Source: an uncultured delta proteobacterium (GTDB lineage Bacteria > Myxococcota_A > Polyangia > Polyangiales > Polyangiaceae). Taken from it: DNA of 64,000 bases. Shown here piece by piece: positions 55,424 to 64,000 of the stretch (position 1 is its first letter; each line of letters starts with the position of its first letter). The stretch is from positions 224,001 through 288,000 of the forward strand of contig CAVQUB010000021.1 in assembly GCA_963716725.1 (NCBI GenBank), in the 5' to 3' direction. The notes beneath the pieces are model-generated. The model worked only from the letters and a program-made list of their open reading frames with translations. It was not told the DNA's origin and ran no database searches. The translations under genes and the position numbers were made by a program.

Positions 55424-57719
55424 TCAGCCTTCTCGGGAGCGCAGGCGGAAGAGTGCGGCGACGGTGCCCATCACCGCGGAGAGCGGCGCGACCGCGGGCG
55501 GCAGGAGCGCGAAGGCGACACCCAGGCTGGCCCCGAGCCCGGGGACGACAGTCAGCAGCAATCCCAAGCGAGCCTCTTGCTTCGCTCGGTGGGCGAGCCG
55601 AATGGCAAAGGCCGCGTCGCGAACGTCGTCGCTGGCGAGTTGAACGCCCCATTCCGCGGTGCTCGAGCCCGCGGAGCTCAACGCGGCGGAGACGTCCGCA
55701 GCCGCCAGGGCGACGTCATCGCCGGGGCTTCGACCCACGACCGCGACCGTAGCGCCGCCTGCCGCGAGCCTACGCACTTCGTCACCGCGATCGCCGGGCA
55801 GGACTTCGGGGCGGATGTGCTCGATGTCGAGCGCCCGGCCGATGGCCTCACAGGTCTCGCGTGCATCACCCGACAGGAGCACCGGCTCGACGCCCACGTC
55901 GAGCAGGTGTTGAACGGCCGCGCGAGCACCGGGACGCAAGCCATCCTGCAATCCCATGACGCCGACCAAGTGGCCCCCGAGAGCGACCAAGAGCACGGTG
56001 CGCCCCATGGCCTCCAGCTCGAGGATCTTCGGCTCGGCGGCGGCGACGCTGATGCGCTCCTTCAACATCAGCGCGCGGCTGCCGACGACCAGGGGCTGAC
56101 CGCTCGATGCCACTGCTGTCACGCCCAGACCCGCCTGCACGTTCGGGCTGCGCACGCCGTCGGGGCGAACGCCGCGGACCCGCGCGGCGCGCAGCACCGC
56201 CGTCGCCATGGGGTGTGTTTCGCCCGCTTCCGCGCCGGCGGTCAACGCGAGCACGCGCTCAGGCTCCGTCTCGCCAACGGGCTCGATATTGGTCACCTCA
56301 GGCTCGCCGAGCAGCAGCGTGCCCCGCGCGCAGAAGGCAGCGACCGCGACGCGTCCCGCCTTGTCCAGGGCTTCTGCCGATCGGAACACGATCCCGCGAC
56401 GCAGCGCGACCAACACCGCTTCGAGCACGTGGAGCGCGCCGATTTGGGCGACACCGGCGTTGGCGAGCGCAGTCTGCGCCGCGACCGCGAACATGGCGAT
56501 CACGAGCGGGGGCTGATCCTCCGCGTAGCCCGCCAGCGCCGCCAGGCCCGCCGCGGTGGGCGCGGCCCGCTCGGCGGTGAGCCGCCCCACGCGCGCTGCC
56601 GCAGCGAGACGGTCGGCGCGTCGCCTGAGATCGTTCGTGACGCGCATCCACGCGCGGTCGAGACCAGTCCAGGCCGCAACGGCCCGCACGCGGCCTTCGA
56701 TCACGGTGGCTCCCGCGACAACGTGGTCGCCTTCGCCCCGAATCGCGCTGGACCTCGCGCCGAGCCAAGGCGCGACGCGAGCCGAGCCGGCGGTGATGGT
56801 GGCGTCGACCGGAATGACCTCGCCCGGTTCGACGACGATCTCTTCACCCGGCCTGAGATCCTGCGCGCGCACCGTCGCTGTTTCGTCTCCGATCACCCTC
56901 CGACCCGAGCCCGACAGCGCTTCGGCGATGGCCTCGCGCTCCAGATCGAGAGGGCGTCGCGCTCGCCGTGTAAGCCAAATGCTCGCGGCCACCGCGGCGA
57001 GCACGACGCCTGCGAGGGTGACGGCAGCGCTGGCTTCCTTTGCGCCAGAGATGTGCCCGATGAACGCCAACGCGAGGGCGGCGATTGGGCCTGCAAGCAA
57101 CACGGCCGGATGGAGTTCGGTCGGATCACGTCGCGCCGTGACGGCTTCGGCGACGAGGGCAGCCGCGGCGACGCAAACAACCACCAGACGGGCGGTGAGG
57201 GCACCCGGCGAGCCGCCGGCCAAGCTGAGCGCGACCGACAGCATGCCGCCCGCGATGGTCAGGCCAAGCAAGAGCACGCCCACGTCAGCCCGCTCCGGCG
57301 ATCCGGACGAGGACAGGCTCGGCACCGACACCTCATCCGACGCCACCAGCTCCGGGTCGCCGAGCGCGTCGAGGTGGCTCGCGTCGTGGCCCGGTCCGAT
57401 CTGCGCGGCCGTCACGTCCGCGAGTGCTGCCACCTGCCGCCGCTGGTCGAGGGACTCGACGGCCTCGGCACGGGTCGCGACCACGTCGGCAGCGGGCGTC
57501 GCCGCCCTCCGCCGCTTGGGCATTGGTAGCGGAGTCTCGCGGGCCACCGGGTCGTAGTGCTCCCGGCATTCTGCGCTGCAAAAGTAGCGAAACTTGTCAT
57601 TGAAGATGGCCACCCGGGCCGCCCGCAGCGGATCGACGGCGCTGCCGCAGCCCGCGCAGCGAACCGGGCGGGCGCGCGGTCCCGTCCCAGGTTCGATCGG
57701 TGCCGGTGATTCCAGCGTC

Positions 57720-57727
<8 letters not shown>
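55424..57727 (-). CDS. degenerate P1B-type ATPase-like protein with an N-terminal YHS/TRASH-like domain
   Basis: CAGC..VDP..YFCSAEC; PGEVIPVD; HP and GLGV kept; DKTGT replaced by CARGT and GDGxND by GRSPGD. Confidence 0.8.
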
Positions 57728-58651
<924 letters not shown>

Positions 58652-58655
<4 letters not shown>

Positions 58656-59863
58656 GACAGCCCTTTCAGGACACGATCAACGACCTCGAGCGCCTCGGCG
58701 ATCTCCGCCTTCTGAACCACCAGGGCCGGCGAGAATCGCAGGCCGGCGGCGCCGGCGAGGCTGAAGAGCACCCCTGCCTCGCGGAGCCGCTCCAGCACGC
58801 CGCGCGCGTCGACTCCGTCGCGCAACACCAAGGCCTGCAAGAGCCCGGATCCGCGCGAGGTCGCGACCACGCCTTCGTGGCGTTTGGCCAGATCGGAGAG
58901 CCCCTGCGTGAGTTCGGCCCCACGAGCGACGACGTTGGCGACGATCTGTTCCTCGTCGATGACGTCGAGCACCTCGAGCGCGGCCGCGGAGGCCAAGGGA
59001 TTGCCTCCAAAAGTCGAACCGTGACTTCCGGGTGGCAGCACGCCCTCGAGCGCTGACTTGCACAGCATCGCTCCGATCGGCACCCCCCCAGCCAGTCCCT
59101 TGGCGAGCACCAGCGCGTCAGGCTCCACACCCTCGTGCTGCACCGCGAGGAACTTCCCCGTGCGCCCCACGCCGGTCTGGATCTCGTCGGCCAAAAGCAG
59201 CGCCCCGTTTTCGTCAGCGATTCGCCGGAGCTCGCGGACGAATCCAGGCGGCGCCGGCAGCACGCCGCCTTCTCCCTGAATGGGCTCGAACAAGATCCCA
59301 GCGACGTCGGGACCCATGGCCGCGCGCACTGCCCCCACGTCACCGAAGGGAACGTGCGTGACGCCGGGCAACGGACCGAACCCTTCGCGGTACTTCTTCT
59401 GACCCGTCGCCGCCAACGCGCCGAGCGTCCGCCCGTGAAACGAGTTTTCGAAGGCAACGATGCGGTACCGGTCCGGCTGGCCCTGGTCGAAGTAGTGCCT
59501 CCGCGTCAGCTTCAGCATGCCCTCCATGGCCTCGGCTCCGGAGTTACAGAAGAAAGCGCGTGCCATGCCGGTGAGCTGACACAGGCGCTGCGCCAGTCGG
59601 ATGTTGGGCTCGTTGTAGAAGTAGTTGGAGAGGTGGATCACCTCGCCCGCCTGCCTCGCGATCGCGGCGACGAGCCGCGGGTGCGCGTGCCCCAAGGTAC
59701 TGACCGCGATGCCGCCGTGCATGTCGAGGTAGCGCTTACCGCTCTTGTCCCAGAGTTCGCAGCCCTTGCCGCGCGCGATCACCAAGGGCGGTTGGCGGTA
59801 GTTGGGGTAGAGGAACTGCGCCCCGAGGGCGACGAGGTCGGATTCAGCGGCTGGGCTGGACAT
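58652..59863 (-). CDS. argD: acetylornithine aminotransferase
   Basis: FCNSGAEA, SFHGRT, EPIQGEGG, DEIQTGVGRTG, AKGLAGG, HGSTFGGNP; coupled to argF. Confidence 0.92.
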
Positions 59864-60063
59864 GGCGAGCACCGACTACCGCAGTCGCGCGCGGCAGGCC
59901 AATGGCACCGGTTTTTGTCGCGCGCCAATGAAACGAGCGCGCAGGACGGCGCGGCCCGGCGCGCGACGCCCACTGCCCGGCGCGGGCCGCGCGAGTAGCG
60001 CGCATGCGCTCGCGGAAACGAGCGAGCGTCCCGCCCGCCCCGCTGCGCGATCCTGCAACGCCG

Positions 60064-60225
60064 AACCCGCTCCGGCGTGGCGTTTGGCGCCCACAGCGAC
60101 ATCAACCACGTCTGAGCGCCTTCCGGCGTGGCCTTTGGCGCCCACAGCGACATCGACCACGTCGCAACCCGCTCCGGCAGTGCACCCCGTGACGCGGCCA
60201 TGCCAGAGCGCGCTCCGGCGTGGCG
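60064..60225. repeat. degenerate intergenic tandem repeat, 51-bp period
   Basis: TCCGGCGTGGC.TTTGGCGCCCACAGCGACATC.ACCACGTC at 60071 and 60122; partial copies at 60173 and 60214. Confidence 0.75.
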
Positions 60226-60337
60226 GTGCCGGGAAGCGGGCGCGTTCCGGGCCGCCGCTCCGCTGATTCTCTTGACGCATCGACAGCCGTCCGGTCGCGC
60301 GCCTATAGTTCCTCCCGGAACCGGTCGAGGAGTTCAC

Positions 60338-60697
60338 ATGACGATCCGCCTTGCTCAATGGAGCTGCCTGTTCGGACTGTTTGCGATGGCCTGCGGAGGC
60401 GCCGCAGCGCCGAACGAACGCGTGACCTCGGCGACGGCCGCCGTGCGCGCGGCCGAGGTCGCCGGGGCGCCGGGCGTTCCGGACGCGAGCCTCTTGCTCA
60501 AGCGCGCGCGCGAGGGGCTCGACCAAGCCAAGGCGCTGATGGGCAACGGCAAGAACGAAGAAGCGGACCGCGTGCTCCAGCGCGCCGAGGCAGACGCCGA
60601 ATTGGCGCTTCACCTGGCCCGCGAGGCGGTGGCGAAGGCCGAGGCGCAGGCCGCCGTCGATCAGGTCAAGGCCTTCAAGAAGAAAGCAAGCGAGTGA
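60338..60697 (+). CDS. DUF4398-like lipoprotein
   Basis: lipobox AMAC; AVRAAE.AGA, RAEADAELA; AGGAG RBS. Confidence 0.8.
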   Translation: MTIRLAQWSCLFGLFAMACGGAAAPNERVTSATAAVRAAEVAGAPGVPDASLLLKRAREGLDQAKALMGNGKNEEADRVLQRAEADAELALHLAREAVAKAEAQAAVDQVKAFKKKASE

Positions 60698-60719
60698 CCC
60701 GCCGCGAGGAGGACCGCAC

Positions 60720-61679
60720 ATGACTCGAACGAACAAGACTCTCGCCACCCTCGCTCTGGCTCTGTCGCTCGCCCCGTTGGCCTGCGGCACCACGCTCGCG
60801 CCGAAGGAGCTGCTCGACGCCCGCGACGCCTACGCCCGCGCCGCAAAGGGCCCCGCAGCGAAATTGACCCCGGCCCAGCTCGACACCGCGAAGCAATCCC
60901 TCGACCAAGCCGAGTCGTCGTTCCGAGACGACGGTGACCAGGAGAACACCAGGACGCTCTCCCACGTGGCGATGCGCAAGGCGCAGATCGCGGCCGCTCA
61001 AGCCGAGGTCGCGGCTGCCGCACTGCGCCGCGATCAGGCCGCGAGCGACCTGCAGGCCGCTCAAATCGCCGACGGCGACAAGGCCAAAAAGAGCCTCGCG
61101 AAGACCAAGGCCGAGCTCCAGGATCAGAAACGGAAGGCCGAAGCCGACCGCAAGCTGGCGGAGATCGATCGCAAGCAGAGCCAGGCCGAGATCGCTCGCA
61201 AGGAGCAAGAGGTCCACAAGACCCAGAAGCAGCTCGAAGAAGAGCAGAAGAAGCGGCTCGAGACCGAGAAGAAGCTCTCCTTGGCGATGGCAAGCTTGAC
61301 CGAGATCGCCAAGGTCAAAGAAGAGAAGCGCGGCGTCGTGATCACGATCTCGGGCGAAGTGCTGTTCGCCTCGGGCAAGCACACGCTCTTGCCGATCGCG
61401 CAGTCCAAACTCGAGGACGTGGCCAAGGCCCTCAAAGACCAGGGTTACAAGGCCATTTTGGTCGAGGGGCACACGGATTCGCGCGGCAGCGCCAAGAAGA
61501 ACGAGGAGCTGTCGTTCCAGCGCGCGGACTCGGTTCGATCGTATCTCGTCTCGCGCGGCATAGCGGCCGACAAGATCAAGGCGACGGGCATCGGCCCTTC
61601 GCGCCCTGTCGCGACCAACGACACCGCCGAGGGCCGAGCCAACAACCGCCGGGTCGAGCTGGTCGTGACGCCCGAATGA
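60720..61679 (+). CDS. OmpA-family lipoprotein with DUF4398-like/coiled-coil N-terminus
   Basis: VLFASG, VEGHTDSRG, NEELSFQRA, GRANNRRVE. Confidence 0.92.
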   Translation: MTRTNKTLATLALALSLAPLACGTTLAPKELLDARDAYARAAKGPAAKLTPAQLDTAKQSLDQAESSFRDDGDQENTRTLSHVAMRKAQIAAAQAEVAAAALRRDQAASDLQAAQIADGDKAKKSLAKTKAELQDQKRKAEADRKLAEIDRKQSQAEIARKEQEVHKTQKQLEEEQKKRLETEKKLSLAMASLTEIAKVKEEKRGVVITISGEVLFASGKHTLLPIAQSKLEDVAKALKDQGYKAILVEGHTDSRGSAKKNEELSFQRADSVRSYLVSRGIAADKIKATGIGPSRPVATNDTAEGRANNRRVELVVTPE

Positions 61680-61692
61680 CGGGGTCGCTGGA

Positions 61693-61926
61693 CTAAAGCG
61701 AGAGCGTGATCCCCATCTCCTGCAGCACGAAGTAATCGAAGGCCCCCGCGACCATCAGACAGACCAGCGGGAGCACGAGGACCAGCGCGACGTCGGTCGG
61801 CGCGAAACGCTTCTTCGGGGGCAGCCCGAGTCGCGCATTAGAAACCCACGCTGGTGGGCGATCTGGGCCGCGCAGGTCGGTGTGCTCGTCGTCGCTTGCG
61901 TCTTCTTCTGGCTGGCGGTCATCCAT
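61693..61926 (-). CDS. small hypothetical membrane protein
   Basis: acidic N-terminus and one C-terminal TM helix. Confidence 0.55.
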   Translation of the reverse strand: MDDRQPEEDASDDEHTDLRGPDRPPAWVSNARLGLPPKKRFAPTDVALVLVLPLVCLMVAGAFDYFVLQEMGITLSL

Positions 61927-61973
61927 CCGCTGCTCGAGGGACTCGAGCGGGTGTTTTCCTGAGTCGGGGCCAG

Positions 61974-62201
61974 TCAGCGCATCGGGGTTGCGTCAGCGGC
62001 GCCCGCGTCGCGCTTGCGCGCCACCCGATTGCCGTACCTCGGCGGAGGAGCCGTGTGGATCCCGGCGTCCGCTTCGGGTCGCACTTCCGTGAGGGGGCGC
62101 TCGGTGGGCTCGGGAAGGGCCCGGGGCTCTTGCGCCGGCGCGCCGCAAGACGCCGCGCCCAGCGCCACGCCCACACCCGCTCCCAAGAGCAACCGCGCCA
62201 T
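61974..62201 (-). CDS. small hypothetical lipoprotein
   Basis: lipobox AASC; PPPRYGNRV. Confidence 0.5.
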   Translation of the reverse strand: MARLLLGAGVGVALGAASCGAPAQEPRALPEPTERPLTEVRPEADAGIHTAPPPRYGNRVARKRDAGAADATPMR

Positions 62202-62251
62202 CGGGACGATCTGACACGCTCTCATCGGTCGCTCCGCACTCCGGAAGGAGC

Positions 62252-63962
62252 CTACGCCCGTTCTTCTCTCAACACCAAGCGCGCGAGCAGCACGCATGCG
62301 ACGGCGTTCGCGACGGCGAAGAGCGCGAGGCCCCAGCGTCCCAAGGGTGAGTGGATGCCCCCCTGCACCGCTACGGCGAACAAATAGGCCGCCGTACCGA
62401 CGGCGAGGCCCGAAATCATGGGCCGTGCGCTACGGACTCCGAGCAAGAGCAGCGTGAGGGAAAAGGGCAACAGCACGGTGCCCAAGGGCAGGTAGCCGTG
62501 GAAGGACGCGCCGAGCAGGATGTCCCAGTCCGGGAGCGGACGCGCGAGCAAGTCCACGAAGTCGTTGTGTCGTCCGATCACGAAGGGCGCAAAGAACAAC
62601 AGACCGGGGCCGGCAAGCAGCGCGGGCCCGAGGAAGCCCGGAGTCCACGGGCTCCGGCGCCGTTGCTTTCGGAACACGACGAAGATCACCAGCGCGAGGG
62701 CGAGCAGCCGGCCCAGCGTGCGCTCGAGCGCGACGCTCCTCAGCGCCACCGCGGCATCCAGGGCGCCGGCCCCGAACAAAAAACGGCCTTGGGCAGAGTC
62801 ATCGAGCGTGCGCGCGTTCTTGGTGAGCGCTCGTTCGACCGCTGCGGGCTCCGATAGCCCGAGGGACACCAAGAGCGCTGCGGCGCCGGCCACGTGGGGC
62901 GACGCCATGCTCGTGCCGTTGTAGCTCGGGAACCGCTCGCAGCGATCGTGCCCGCCGTTGCAGATGGTCTGCTGCACCACGTCGACGCCCGGAGCCGCGA
63001 GGTCCACGCCGGGCCCCCGCGACGAAAACCTCGCCAGTTTGTCGGCTCGAATCCAGGGCGCTGACTCCAATCACACCCTCGGACCCACCCGGGAACCCCA
63101 CCGCGCCGCCGCTGTTGCCGGCCGCGGCCACGACGACGACGCCGCGTTTCTTCGCGTAGTCGACGGCGCGTTGCAAGATGCGCGAGTTGCGCGGACCGCC
63201 CAGGCTCAGGTTGATCACCTGGGCGCCGTGGTCGGCGGCCCAACGGATCCCGTCTGCAACGTCTGTCGTCGTTCCCCATCCGCCCTGGCTGAGGACCTTC
63301 ACGGGCATCAGGCGGGCGTCGAAGGCCATGCCCGCCGCGCCAATGCCGTTGTTGGTGCTCTGGGCGATGGTGCCGGCAACGTGCGTCCCGTGACCGTGGT
63401 CGTCGTTGGCGTGAGGCGACTTGGCGACGAAGTTGTAGCCTTCCACGCAGCGGGTCCGGGCGAGATCCGTGGCTTTGTCGAAGGGGCCAAACTTCTCGCA
63501 GGCGATACCGGTGTCGATCACCGCGACCGTCACCCCTCGTCCGGTCGAGAAGTCCCACGCGCGCTCGGCGCCGACGCGGCTCAGGTGCCACTGGTCTTTG
63601 AGCAGTGGGTCGTTGGGAACGAACAGCGCCCGCACTTTGGCGTGGGGCTCGACGACCTCGACGCGCGAGTCCTTCTCGAGCGCTCCACGCACCTCGTCCA
63701 GTCGCTCGCCGACCACGCGCACCACCTGGATGCGGGTCTGCACCTCGAGCGCTGAAGGCGAAAACGAGACCGCCAATCGCGCGAAGAGATCGCTGATGGT
63801 CGTCTGCCCCACGTCGTCAGCGAAGTCGACGACCAACTCACCCGGAATGTCCTCGGCAGACTCCTCGGCGGCAGTGGGCGCCGGCACCCCCGGAGCGCCC
63901 GCGAAGGCCGCCTCGGCGGCAAGCAGAGCGGCAACCGAGATTGACCAGATCGATGCCTTCAC
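62252..63962 (-). CDS. S8 subtilase with C-terminal TM region, +1 frameshift near 63045
   Basis: VIDTG, HGTHVAG, AAAGN in one frame; FSSRG, LAAPG, GTSMASPH in the next; removing one base joins them. Confidence 0.9.
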
Positions 63963-64000
63963 GTGCCGGGGAGCGTAGCTCAGCGCGCGGGCACGGGCAT

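Noticed and set aside
60064..60225. Mini-CRISPR
   Set aside because: Intervening sequence is under 10 bp, copies decay quickly, and there is no leader or cas gene.

Overview
Very GC-rich bacterial DNA with about 60 protein genes. The gene content (many Gly-rich and Cys-rich lipoproteins, a eukaryote-like Ser/Thr kinase, a MYXO-CTERM-like protein, sigma54 promoters) suggests a myxobacterium, probably Polyangiaceae-like (inference). I found no rRNA, tRNA or CRISPR array. Recognisable genes: hutG-hutF, three MscS channels, an EF-G paralogue, rsmG, a 5'-3' exonuclease, a prokaryotic SLC12/CCC transporter, an acyl-CoA dehydrogenase, a MacAB-type ABC exporter, a NosP/NahK-type sensor cluster with an Hpt protein, argD-argF, a Fur-family regulator, DUF4398/OmpA and an S8 protease. 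Most unusual observations: (1) a GxxExxY PD-(D/E)XK nuclease gene with ~34-bp inverted repeats embedded in its own ORF ends, replacing the catalytic core of an IS630 element whose TIRs are intact; (2) a 1039-aa signal peptide/coiled-coil/multi-TM/P-loop NTPase translationally coupled to MscS; (3) a P1B-ATPase-like protein lacking its catalytic motifs, between argF and fur; (4) two copies of a MITE-like palindromic element; (5) two adjacent sigma54 promoters sharing a tandem upstream motif. Four genes are frameshifted, and three of these look like single-base sequencing errors. All family assignments come from motifs read by eye; no searches were run.
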